From the human T2T-CHM13v2.0 reference genome, Homo sapiens, in NCBI RefSeq assembly GCF_009914755.1, contig NC_060933.1: a DNA stretch of 64,000 bases, one strand, 5' to 3'. How positions within the stretch are numbered: the stretch's first letter is position 1; each line of letters opens with the position of its first letter. The translations under genes were made by a program, and so were the position numbers. The notes beneath the pieces were generated by a model. That model was not told where the DNA came from and did no database searches. It saw nothing but the letters and a program-made list of their open reading frames with translations. Positions 27,600 to 41,800 of this stretch are shown in pieces.

Positions 27600-30500
27600 T
27601 TCAATTCCATTCCATTCCATTCCATTCCATTCCTTTCCATTCCATTACTGATGATTCCATTCCATTGCATTCCATTCCATTCCATTCCCCTGTACTCGGG
27701 TTGATTCCATTCCATTCCATTCCAATCCATACGATTCCACTCGTGTTGATTCCATTCTTTCCATTCCATTCAAGTTGAATCCATTCCATTGCATTCCATT
27801 CCATTCGATTCCATTCGATTGCACTCGGGTTGCTTCCATTCCATTGCATTCCATTCCATTCCATTCCATTCCATTCCATTCCATTCCGTTCCATTCCATT
27901 CCATTACATTCGGATTGATTCTATTCAATTCCCTTACACTCCATTACGTTCCATTCCATTCGGGTAGTTTCCTTTCCATTCCATTCCGTTCCTCTCCATT
28001 CCATTGCACTCGGGTTGATTCCATTCCATTGCATTCCATTCCATTCCATTCAATTCCATTCCGTTCCATTCCATTCCATTACATTCGGATTGATTCTATT
28101 CAACTCCCTTACTCTCCATTACATTCCATTCCATTCGGGTTGTTCCATTCCATTCCATTCCATTCCACTCCATTCCATTGCACTCGGGTTGATTCCATGC
28201 CATTCCATTCCATTCCATTCCATTCCATTCCATTCCGGAAGATTCCATTCCATTGCATTCCATTCCATTCCATTCCCCTGCACTCGCGTTGATTCCATTC
28301 CATTCCATTCTATTCCATTCCATTCCCTTCCTTTCCGTTCCATTCCATTCCATTGCATTCCATTCCGTTCCGTTCCATTCCATTCCATTCCTTTCTATTC
28401 GGGTTAATTCCATTCCATTCCATTCGATTGCAATCGAGTTGATTCCATTCCATTCCATTCCATTCCATTCCATTCCATTCCTTTCCATTCCATTACGGAT
28501 GATTCCATTCCATTGCATTCCATTCCATTCCATTCCCCTGTACTCGGGTTGATTCCATTCCATTCCATTCCAATCCATGCTATTCCACTCGTGTTGATTC
28601 CATTCTTTCCATTCCATTCAAGTTGAATCCATTCCATTGCAATCCATTCCATTCGATTCCATTTGATTGCACTCGGCTTGATTCCATTCCATTGCATTCC
28701 ATTCCATTCCATTCCATTCCTTTCCGTTCCATTCCATTTCATTACATTCAGATTGATTCTATTCAATTCCCTTACACTCCATTATATTCCAATCCATTCT
28801 GGTTGTCTCCATTCCATTCCATTCCATTTCACTCCATTCCATTGCACTCGGGTTGATTCCATTCCATTCCATTCCATTGCATTCCATTCCATTCCATTCC
28901 GGATGATTCCATTCCATTGCATTCCATTCCATTCCATTCCCCTGCACTCGGGTTGATTCCATTCCATTCCACTCCATTCTGTTCCATTCCATTCCATTCC
29001 ATTGTATTCGGGTTAATTCCATTCCATTCCATTCCATTCCATTCCATTCCATTCCATTACAATCGACTTGATTCCATTCCATTCCATTCCATTCCAGTCC
29101 TTTCCATTCCATTCCACTCGGGTTGATTCCATTCTATTAGTTTCCATTCCATTCCATTCCCTTCCATTCCACTCTGGTTGATTCCATTCCTTTCCATTCC
29201 ACTCGAATACTTTCCCTCCTATTCCACTCGGAACGATTCCATTCCATTCCATTCCATTCCATTCCATTCCATTCCATTCCATTCCATTTCGTTCCATTCC
29301 ATTCTATTCCGTATCATTCCATTCCATTCCATTCCATTCCATTCCATTCCATTCCATTCAATTGTACTCGGGTTGATTCCATTCCATTTCATTCCATTCC
29401 ATTCCATTCCGTTCCATTCCGTTCCATTCCATTCCATTCCATTCTATTCGGATTAATTCCATTCCATTCCATTCCATTCCATTCTATTACATTCCATTGC
29501 AATCGAGTTGAATCCATTGCATTTCATTCCATTCCATTCCATTCCATTCCATTCCGGAATATTCCATTCCATTGCATTCCATTCCATTCCATTCCCCTGC
29601 ACTCGCGTTGATTCCATTCCATTCCATTCCATTCCATTCCATTCCATTCCATTCCCTTCCATTCCTTTCCATTCCGTTCCGTTCCATTCCATTCCATTCC
29701 ATTCCGTTCTGTTCCATTCCATTCTATTCGTGTTAATTCCATTCCATTCCATTCCATTGCAATCGAGTTGATTCCATTCCATTCCATTCCATTCCATTCA
29801 ATTCCATTCCATTCCATTCCATTCAATTCCATTCCATTCCATTCCATTCCATTCCTTTCCATTCCATTACGGATGATTCCATTCCATTGCATTCCATTCC
29901 ATTCCATTCCCCTGTACTCGGATTGATTCCATTGCATTCCATTCCAATCCATGCCATTCCACTCGTGTTGATTCCATTCTTTCCATTTCATTCAAGTTGA
30001 ATCCATTCCATTGCATTCCATTCCATTCCATTCCATTCGATTGCACTCGGGTTGATTCCATTCCATTGCATTCCATTCCATTCCATTCCATTCCGTTCCA
30101 TTCCATTCCATTACATTCGGATTGATTCTATTAAATTCCCTTACACTCCATTACATTCCATTCCATTCGGGTAGTTTCCATTCCATTCCATTCCATTCCT
30201 CTCCATTCCATTGCACTCGGGTTGATTCCATTCCATTGCATTCCATTCCATTCCATTCAATTCCATTCCGTTCCATTCCATTCCATTACATTCGGATTGA
30301 TTCTATTCAACTCCCTTACTCTCCATTCCATTCCATTCCATTCGGGTTGTTCCATTCCATTCCATTCCATTCCACTCCATTCCATTGCACTCGGGTTCAT
30401 TCCATTCCATTCCATTCCATTCCATTCCATTCCATTCCGGAAGATTCCATTCCATTGCATTCCATTCCATTCCATTCCCCTGCACTCGCGTTGATTCCAT

Positions 30501-31170
30501 TCCATTCCATTCTATTGTATTCCATTCCCTTCCTTTCCGTTCCATTCCATTCCATTCCATTCCATTCGGTTCCGTTCCGTTCCGTTCCATTCCATTCCAT
30601 GCCATTCTATTCGGGTTAATTCCATTCCATTCCATTCGATTGCACTCGGGTTGATTCCATTCCATTGCATTCCATTCCATTCCATTCCATTCCGTTCCAT
30701 TCCATTTCATTACATTCAGATTGATTCTGTTCAATTCCCTTACACTCCATTATATTCCAATCCATTCTTGTTGTCTCCATTCCATTCCATTCCATTTCAC
30801 TCCATTCCATTGCACTCTGGTTGATTCCATTCCATTCCATTCCATTGCATTCCATTCCATTCCATTCCGGATGATTCCATTCCATTGCATTCCATTCCAT
30901 TCCATTCCCCTGCACTCGGGTTGATTCCATTCCAATCCACTCCATTCCGTTCCATTCCATTCCATTCCATTGTATTCGGGTTAATTCCATTCCATTCCAT
31001 TCCATTCCATTCCATTCCATTCCATTACAATCGACTTGATTCCATTCCATTCCATTCCATTCCAGTCCTTTCCATTCCATTCCACTCGGGTTGATTCCAT
31101 TCTATTAGTTTCCATTCCATTCCATTCCCTTCCATTCCACTCTGGTTGATTCCATTCCTTTCCATTCCAC
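27600..31170 (+). repeat. Diverged ~2.2-kb-offset duplication, second copy with a ~239-bp deletion
   Basis: Offset is 2,207 (ORFs 28015/30222), then 1,968 (28782/30750, 28917/30885). Private shared variants are TACATTCAGATTG, GTTGTCTCC and AATCGACTTG. Confidence 0.75.
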
Positions 31171-34100
31171 TCGAATACATTCCCTCGTATTCCACTCGGA
31201 ACGATTCCATTCCATTCCATTCCATTCCATTCCATTCCAATCCATTCCATTCCATTTCGTTCCATTCCATTCTATTCCGTATCATTCCATTCCATTCCAT
31301 TCCATTCCATTCCATTCCATTGTACTCGGGTTGATTCCATTCCATTGCATTCCATTCCATTCCATTCCATTCCATTCCATTCCGTTGCATTCCATTCCAT
31401 TACATTCGGATTGATTCTATTCAACTCCCTTACTCTCCATTACATTCCATTCCATTCGGGTTGTTCCATTCCATTCCATTCCATTCCACTCCATTCCATT
31501 GCACTCGGGTTGACTCCATTCCATTCCATTCCGGATGATTCCATTCCATTGCATTCCGTTCCATTACATTCCCCTGCACTCGCGTTGATTCCATTACATT
31601 CCATTCCATTCAATTCCATTCCATTACAATTCGTTCCATTCCATTCTATTCCGTACCATTCCATTCCATTCCATACCATTCCATTCCATTCCATTCCATT
31701 CCATTCCGTTCCATTCCGTTCCATTCCATTCCATTCCACTCTATTCGGATTAATTCCATTCCATTCCATTCCATTCCATTCTATTCCATTCCATTGCAAT
31801 CGAGTTGAATCCATTGCATTTCATTCCATTCCATTCCATTCCATTCCATTACGGAAGATTCCATTCCATTGCATTCCATTCCATTCCATTCCCCTGCACT
31901 CGCGTTGATTACATTCCATTCCATTCCACTCCATTCCGTTCCGTTCCATTCCATTCCATTCCATTCCATTCCTTTCCGTTCCGTTCCGTTCCATTCCATT
32001 CCATTCTATTCGGGTTAATTCCTTTCCATTCCATTCGATTGCAATCGAGTTGATTCCATTCCATTCCATTCCATTCCTTTCCATTCCATTCCGGAAGATT
32101 CCATTCCATTGCATTCCATTCCATTCCATTCCCCTTCACTCGCGTTGATTCCATTCCATTCCATTCCATTCCATTCCATTGCATTCCGTTCCATTCCATT
32201 CCATTCCTTTTCGTTCCATTCCATTCCATTCCGTTCCGTTCCATTCCTTTCCATTCCATTCTATTCGGGTTAATTCAATTCCATTCCATTCCATTGCAAT
32301 CGAGTTGATTCCATTCCATTCCATTCCATTCCATTCCATTCCATTCCTTTCCTTTCCATTCCATTACGGATGATTCCATTCCATTGCATTCCATTCCATT
32401 CCATTTTCCTGTACTCGGGTTGATTCCAATCCATTGCATTCCAATCCATGCCATTCCACTCTTGTTGATTCCATTCTTTCCATTCCATTCAAGTTGAATC
32501 CATTCCTTTGCATTCCATTCAATTCCATTCCATTCCCCTGCAGTCGGGTTGATTCCATTCCATTCCATTCCATTCCATTCCATTCCGTTCCATTCCATTC
32601 CATTCCATTCTATTCGGGTTAATTCCATTCCATTGCATTCCATTCCATTCCAATCGAGTTGATTCCATTCCATTCCATTCCATTCCATTCCACTCCATTC
32701 CACTCCTTTCCACTCGGGTTGATTCCATTCGTTTTCGTTCCATTCCATTCCATTCCATTCCATTCCGTTCCGTTCCATTCCATTCCATTCCATTCTATTC
32801 GGGTTAATTCAATTCCATTCCATTCCATTGCAATCCAGTTGATTCCAATCCGGATCATTCCATTCCATTGCATTCCATTCCATTCCATTCCCCTGCACTC
32901 GGATTGATTCCATTGCATTCCATTCCATTACATTCCGTTCCATTCCGTTCCATTCCATTCTATTCGAGTTAATTCCATTCCATTCCATTCCACTCCATTC
33001 CAGTCCTTTCCATTCCATTCCATTCGGGTTGATTCCATTCTATTCCTTTCCATTCCATTCCATTCCATTGTAATTGAGTTGATTCCATTCGAGTTGAATC
33101 CATTCCATTCCATTCCAATCGATTCCATTGCACACGGGTTCATTCCATTCAATTCCATTCCATTCCATTCCATTCCATTCCATTCCATTTCATTCCATTG
33201 CATTCTAATCCGTACCATTCCATTCTTTCCCATTCCATTCCGTTCCATTCCAAGCCATTACACTCGGGTTGATTCCATTCCTTTCCATTCCATTCTTGTT
33301 GAATCCATTCCATTCCATTCCATTCCATTCGAATCCATTCCATTGCACTCGGGTTGATTCCATTCCATTCCATTCCATTCTATTTCATCCCATTCCATTC
33401 CATTACATTCGGATTGATTCTATTCAATTACCTTACACTCCATTACATTCCATTCCATTCGGGATTTTTCCATTCCATTCCTTTCCATTCCACTCCATTC
33501 CATTGCATCAGGTTGATTGCATTCCATTCCATTCCATTCCATTCCGGATGATTCCATTCCATTTCATTCCATTCTATTCCATTCCCCTGCACTCGGGTTG
33601 ATTACATTCCATTCCATTCCCTTCCTTTCCTTTCCATTCCATTCCATTCCTTTCTATTCGGGTTAATTCCATTCCATTCCATTCGATTGCATTCCTTTCC
33701 ATTCCATTCCATTGCAATCGAGTTGATTGCATTCCATTCCATTCCATTCCGTTCCGGATGATTCCCTTCCATTGCATTCCATTCCATTCCATTCCCCTGC
33801 AGTCGGGTTGATTCCATTCCATTCCATTCCATTCCATTCCATTCCATTCCGTTCCATTCCATTCCATTCCATTCTATTCGGGTTAATTCCATTCCATTCC
33901 ATTCCACTCCATTCCATTACATCAGGTTGATTGCATTCCATTCCATTCCATTCCATTCCGGATGATTCCATTCCATTGCATTCCTTTCCATTCCATTCCC
34001 CTGCACTCGGGTTGATTCCATTCCATTCCATTCCATTCCATTCCATTCCATTCCGTTCCATTCCATTCCATTCCATTCTATTCCGGTTAATTCCATTCCA

Positions 34101-37100
34101 TTCCATTCGATTCCATTCCATTCCATTCCATTCCATTGCAATCGAGTTGATTCCATTCCATTCAATTCCATTCTATTCGGGTTAATTCCATTCCATTCCA
34201 TTCCATTCCATTCCATTCCAATCGAGTTGATTCCATTCCATTCCATTCCATTCCATTCCACTCCATTCCAGTCCTTTCCATTCCATTACACTCGGGTTGA
34301 TTCCATTCTATTCCTTTCCATTCCATTCCATTCCATTGCAATCGAGTTGATTCCATTGCTTTGCATTCCATTCCATTCCATTCCATTCCGGATGATTCCA
34401 TTCCATTGCATTCCATTCCAATCCATTCCCCTGCACTCGGGTTGATTCCATTCCATTCCACTCCATTCCGTTCCATTCCATTCCATTCCCTTGTATTCGG
34501 GTTAATTCCATTCCATTCCATTCCATTCCATTCCATTCCATTCCATTCCATTACAATCGAGTTGATTCCATTCCATTCCATTGCATTCCATTCCATTCCA
34601 GTCCTTTCCATTTCATTCCACTCGGGTTGATTCCATTCTATTAGTTTCCATTCCATTCCATTCCCTTCCATTCCACTCTGGTTGATTCCATTCCTTTCCA
34701 TTCCACTCGAATACATTCCCTCCTATTCCACTCCATTCCATTCCTCTGCAGTCGGGTTGATTCCATTCCATTCCATTCCATTCCATTCCATTCCATTCTA
34801 TTCGGGTTAATTCCATTCCATTCCATTCCATTCCATTCCAGTTCGTTCCATTCCATTCTATTCGGTACCATTCCATTCCATTCCATTCCTTTCCATTCCA
34901 TTCCATTCCACTCGTGTTGATTCCATTCCTTTCCATTCCATTCGGTTTGAAGGCGTTCCATTCCATTCAATTCCATTCCATTCTATTCCATTCCATTCCA
35001 TTCCATTCCATTCCATTCCATTCCATTGCATTCCATTTTACTCGAGTTGATTCCATTCCATTGCATTCCATTCCATTCCATTCCATTCCATTCCATTCCA
35101 TTCCGTTGCATTCCATTCCATTACAATCGGATTGATTCTATTCAACTCCCTTACTCTGCATTACATTCCATTCCCTTCGGGTTGTTCCATTCCATTCCAT
35201 TCCATTCCACTCCATTCCATTGCACTCGGGTTGATTCCATTCCATTCCATTCCATTCCATTCCATTCCATTCCGGATGATTCCATTCCATTGCATTCCGT
35301 TCCATTACATTCCCCTGCACTCGCGTTGATTCCATTCCATTCCATTCCATTCCATTCAATTCCATTCCATTGCAATTCGTTCCATTCCATTCTATTCCTT
35401 ACCATTCCATTCCATTCCATACCATTCCATTCCATTCCATTCCATTCCATTCCATTCCATTCCATTGCATTCCGTTCCATTCCATTCCATTCCATTCTAT
35501 TCGGATTAATTCCATTGCATTCCATTCCATTCCATTCTATTCCATTCCATTGCAATCGAGTTGAATCCATTGCATTTCATTCCATTCCATTCCATTCCAT
35601 TCCGGAAGATTCCATTCCATTGCATTCCATTCCATTCCATTCCCCTGCACTCGCGTTGATTCCATTCCATTCCATTCCATTCCATTCCATTCCATTCCAT
35701 TCCGTTCCGTTCCGTTCCGTACCATTCCATTCCATTCCATTCCGTTCCGTTCCGTTCCATTCCATTCCATTCCATTCTATTCGGGTTAATTCCATTCCAT
35801 TCCATTCGATTGCAATCGAGTTGATTCCATTCCATTCCATTCCATTCCATTCCATTCCATTCCTTCTCATTCCATTACGGATGATTCCATTCCATTGCAT
35901 TCCATTCCATTCCATTCCTCTGTACTCGGGTTGATTCCATTCCATTCCATTCCAATCCATGCCATTCCACTCGTGTTGATTCCATTCTTTCCATTCCATT
36001 CAAGTTGAATCCATTCCATTGCATTCCATTCCATTCGATTCCATTCGATTGCACTCGGGTTGATTCCATTCCATTGCATTCCATTCCATTCCATTCCATT
36101 CCATTCCGTTCCATTCCATTCCATTCCATTCGGATTGATTCTATTCAATTCCCTTACACTCCATTATATTCCAATCCATTCTGGTTGTTTCCATTCCATT
36201 CCATTCCATTTCACTCCGTTCCATTGCACTCGGGTTGATTCCATTCCATTCCATTCCATTGCATTCCATTCCATTCCATTCCGGATGATTCCATTCCATT
36301 GCATTCCATTCCATTCCATTCCGGATGATTCCATTCCATTGCATTCCATTCCATTCCATTCCCCTGAACTCGCGTTGATTCCATTCCATTCCATTCCATT
36401 CCATTCCATTCCGGAAGATTCCATTCCATTGCATTCCATTCCATTCCATTCCCCTGCACTCGCGTTCATTCCAATCCATTCCATTCCATTCCATTCCGTT
36501 CCGTTCCATTCCATTCCATTCCATTCCATTCCATTCCATTCCATTCCGTTCCGTTCCGTTCCATTCCATTCCATTCCATTCTATTCGGGTTAATTCCATT
36601 CCATTCCATTCGATTGCAATCGAGTTGATTCCATTCCATTCCATTCCATTCCATTCCATTCCATTCCATTCCTTTCCATTCCATTACGGATGATTCCATT
36701 CCATTGCATTCCATTCCATTCCATTCCCCTGTACTCGGGTTGATTCCATTCCAGTCCATTCCAATCCATGCCATTCCACTCGTGTTGATTCCATTCTTTC
36801 CATTCCATTCAAGTTGAATCCATTCCATTGCATTCCATTCCATTCGATTCCATTCGATTGCACTCGGGTTGATTCCATTCCATTGCACTCCATTCCATTC
36901 CATTTCATTCCATTCCATTCCTTTCCATTCCATTCCATTCCATTCCATTCCATTCCATTGCAATCGAGTTGATTACTTTCCATTCCTTTCCATTCCATTC
37001 CATTGCCTTGCATTGCACTCGGGTTGATTCCATTCCATTGCACTCCATTCCATTCCATTCCATTCCATTCCACTCCATTCCAGTCCTTTCCATTCCATTC

Positions 37101-38870
37101 CACTCGGGCTGATTCCAATGTATTCCTTTCCATTCCATTCCATTCCATTGCAATCGAGTTGATTCCATTGCTTTGCATTCCATTCCATTCCATTCCATTC
37201 CGGATGATTCCATTCCATTGCATTCCATTCCATTCCATTCCCCTGCACTCGGGTTGATTCCATTCCATTCCACTCCATTCCGTTCCATTCCATTCCATTC
37301 CATTGTATTCGGGTTAATTCCATTCCATTCCATTCCATTCCATTAAAATCGAGTTGATTCCATTCCGTTCCATTCCATTCCATTCCATTCCATACCAGTC
37401 CTTTCCATTCCCTTCCACTCGGGTTGATTCCATTCTATTAGTTTCCATTCCATTCCATTCCCTTCCATTCCACTCTGGTTGATTCCATTCCTTTCCATTC
37501 CACTCGAATACATTCCCTCCTATTCCACTAGGAACGATTCCATTCCATTCCATTCCATTCCATTCCATTCCATTCCATTCCATTCCATTTCGTTCCATTC
37601 CATTACACTCGGGTTGATTCCATTCCATTCCATTCCATTCCATTCCTTTCCATTCCATTCCATTACATTCGGATTGATTCCATTCAATTCCCTTACACTC
37701 CATTATATTCCATTCCATTCGGGTTGTTTACATTCCATTCCATTCCATTCCACTCCATTCCAATGAACTCGGGTTGATTCCATTCCATTCCATTCCATTC
37801 CATTCCATTCCATTCCATTCCTTTCCGGATGATTCCGTTCTATTACATTCCCCTGCACTCGGGTTGATTCCATTCCATTCCATTCGATTCCATTCCATTC
37901 CAATTCGTTCCATTCCATTCTATTCCGTACCATTCCATTCCATTCCATACCGTTCCGTTCCGTTCCGTTCCGTTCCGTTCCATTCCATTCCATTCCATTC
38001 TATTCGGGTTAATTCCATTCCATTCCATTCCATTCCATTCCATTCCATTCCATTCTATTCCATTCCATTGCAATCGAGTTGAATCCATTGCATTGCATTC
38101 CATTCCATTCCATTCCATTCCATTCCATTCCATTCCATTCCGGAAGATTCCATTCCATTGCATTCCATTCCATTCCATTCCCCTGCACTCGCGTTGATTC
38201 CATTCCATTCCATTCCATTCCATTCCGTTCCGTTCTGTTCGATTCCATTCCATTCCATTCCATTCCGTTCCGTTCCATTCCATTCCATTCCATTCTATTC
38301 GGGTTAATTCCATTCCATTCCATTCGATTGCAATCGAGTTGATTCCATTCCATTCCATTCCATTCCATTCCATTCCATTCCATTCCATTCCTTTCCATTC
38401 CATTACGGATAATTCCATACCATTGCATTCCATTCCATTTCAATCCCCTGTACTCGGGTTGATTCCATTCCATTCCATTCCATTCCCCTGCAGTCGGGTT
38501 GATTCCATTCCATTCCATTCCATTCCATTCGATTCCATTCCATTCCAATTCTTTCCATTCCATTCCGTTCCGTTCCGTTCCGTTCCGTTGCATTCCATTC
38601 CATTCCATTCTATTCGGGTTAATTCCATTCCATTCCATTCCATTCCATTCCATTCTATTCCATTCCATTGCAATCGAGTTGAATCCATTGCATTTCATTC
38701 CATTCCATTCCTTTCCATTCCGGAATATTCCATTCCATTGCATTCCATTCCATTCCATTCCCCTGCACTCGCGTTGATTCCATTCCATTCCATTCCATTC
38801 CGTTCCGTTCCGTTCCATTCCATTCCATTCCATTCCGTTCCGTTCCATTCCATTCCATTCTATTCGGGTT
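31140..38870 (+). repeat. ~7.7-kb duplicated block X, copy 2
   Basis: Shares landmarks with copy 1: CCCTCGTATT, GGTACC (20636/34864), GGTTTGAAGGCG, CCTGAACTCGCG, GCCTTGCATT, ACTAGGAACG. Confidence 0.9.
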
Positions 38871-41800
38871 AATTCCATTCCATTCCATTCCATTCCATTC
38901 CATTCCATTCCAATCGAGTTGATTCCATTCCATTCCATTCCATTCCATTCCACTCCATTCCAGTCCTTTCCATTCCATTCCACTCGGGTTGATTCCATTG
39001 TATTCCTTTCCATTCCATTCCATTCCATTGCAATCGAGTTGATTCCATTGCTTTGCATTCCATTCCATTCCATTCCATTCCGGATGATTCCATTCCATTG
39101 CATTCCATTACATTCCATTCCCCTGCACTCGGGTTGATTCCATTCCATTCCACTCCATTCCGTTCCATTCCATTCCATTCCATTGTATTCGGGTTAATTC
39201 CATTCCATTCCATTCCATTCCATTCCATTCCAATCCTTTACAATCGAGTTGATTCCATTCCATTCCATTCCATTCCATTCCATTCCATTCCATTCCATTC
39301 CTTTCCATTACATTACGGATTATTCCATTCCATTGCATTCCATTCCATTCCATTCCCCTGTACTCGGGTTTATTTCAATCCATTCCATTCCATTCCATGC
39401 CATTCCACTCGTGTTGATTCCATTCTTTCCATTCCATTCAAGTTGAATCCATTCCATTGCATTCCATTCCATTCGATTCCATTCGATTGCAGTCGGGTTG
39501 ATTCCATTCCATTGCATTCCATTCCGTTCGGTTCCATTCCATTACTTTCGGATTGATTCTATTCAATTCCCTTACACTCCATTACATTCCATTCCATTCG
39601 GGTAGTTTCCATTCCATTCCATTCCATTCCTCTCCATTCCATTGCACTCGGGTTGATTCCATTCCATTCCATTCCATTCCATTCCATTCCATTCCATTCC
39701 ATTCCGGATGATTCCATTGCATTGAATTCCATTCCATTCCATTCCCCTGCACTTGGGTTGATTCCATTCCATTCCATTCCATTCCTTTCCGTTCCATTCC
39801 ATTCCATTCAATTCCATTCCATTCTATTCGTGTTAATTCCATTCCATTCTATTCCATTCCATTCCATTGAAATCGAGTTGATTTCATTCAATTCCATTCA
39901 ATTCCATTCCATTCTGGATGATTCCATTCCATTGCATTCCATTCCATTCCATTCCCCTGCACTCGGGTTGAATCCATTCCATTCCATTCCATTACATTCC
40001 GTTCCATTCCATTCCATTCTATTCGGGTTAATTCCATTCCATTCCATTCCACTCCATTCCAGTCCTTTCCATTCCATTCCACTCGGGTTGATTCCATTCT
40101 ATTCCTTTCCATTCCATTCCATTCCATTGCAATTGAGTTGATTCCATTCGAGTTGAATCCATTCCATTCCATTCCATTCCATTACATTGCACACAGGTTC
40201 ATTCCATTCCATTCCATTAAATTCCATTCCATTCCATTTCATTCCATTCCATTCTATTCCGTAAAATTCCATTCCATCCCATTCCATTCCATTCCATTCC
40301 ATTCCATGCCATTGCACTCGGGTTGATTCCATTCCTTTCCATTCCATTCTTGTTGAATCCATTCCATTCCATTCCATTCCATTCCATTCGAATCCATTCC
40401 ATTGCACTCGGGTTGATTCCATTCCATTCCACTCCATTCCATTTCATTCCATTCCATTCTATTACATTCGGATTGATTCTATTCAATTCCCTTACACTCC
40501 ATTACATTCCATTCCATTTGGGATGTTTCCATTCCATTCCATTCCATTCCATTCCACTCCATTCCATTGCATTGGGTTGATTGCATTCCATTCCATTCCA
40601 TTCCATTCCGGATGATTCCATTCCATTGCATTCCATTCCATTCCATTCCCCTGCACTCGGGTTGATTACATTCCATTCCATTCCCTTCCATTCGTTTCCA
40701 TTCCATTCCACTCCATTGCAATCGAGTTGATTCCATTCCATTCCATTCCATTCCATTCCATTCCATTCCATTCCATTCCATTCCGGATGATTGCATTCCA
40801 TTGCATTCCATTCCATTCCATTCCCCTGCACTCGGGTTGATTCCATTCCATTTCATTCCATTACATTCCGTTCCATTCCATTCCATTCCATTCTATTCGG
40901 GTTAATTCCATTCGATTCCATTAAAATTCCATTCCATTCCATTCCATTGCAATCGAGTTGATTCCATTCCATTCCATTCCATTCCATTCCAATCGATTTG
41001 ATTCCATTCCATTCCATTCCATTCCACTCCATTCCAGGCCTTTCCATTCCATGCCACTCGGGTTGATTCCATTCTATTCCTTTCCATTCCATTCCATTCC
41101 TTTGAAATCGAGTTGATTCCTTTCGAGTTGAATCCATTCCATTCCATTCCATTCCATTCCATTCCATTCCATTCCATTCCATTTCGTTCAATTCCATTCT
41201 ATTCCGTACTATTCCATTCCATTCCATTCCATTCCATTCCATTCCATTCCAATCGTGTTGATTCCATTCCTTTCCCTTCCATTCGGTTTGAAGCCATTCC
41301 ATTCCATTCAATTCCACTCCATTCCATTCCATTCCATTCCATTCCATTCCATTCCATTCCATTCCATTGTATTCGGGTTGATTCCATTCCATCGCATTCC
41401 ATTCCATTCCATTCCATTCCATTCCGTTCCATTCCATTCCATTACATTCGGATTGATTCTATTCAACTCCCTTACTCTCCATTACATTCCATTCCATTCG
41501 GGTTGTTCCATTCCATTCCATTCCATTCCACTCCATTCCATTGCACTCGGGTTGATTCCATTCCATTCCATTCCATTCCATTCCGGATGATTCCATTCCC
41601 TTGCATTCCGTTCCATTACATTCCCCTGCACTCGGGTTGATTCCAATCCATTCCATTCCATTCCATTCCATTCGATTCCATTCCATTCCCCTGCCCTCGC
41701 GTTGATTCCATTCCATTCCATTCCATTCCATTCCATTCCATTCCATTCCAATCCTTTCCGTTCCTTTCCATTCCATTCCATTCCATTCCGTTCCGTTCCG

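Larger units (their letters stand above)
1..35990 (+). repeat. ~36-kb higher-order repeat, unit 1 (phase arbitrary, set by window start)
   Basis: Rare landmarks recur at +35,990: CCAGTCC at ~761/36751, GTAAAATT 4271/40261, AGGCCT 5046/41036. The ORF track repeats in identical order (15..248 vs 36005..36238; 2019..3188 vs 38009..39178). Confidence 0.95.
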
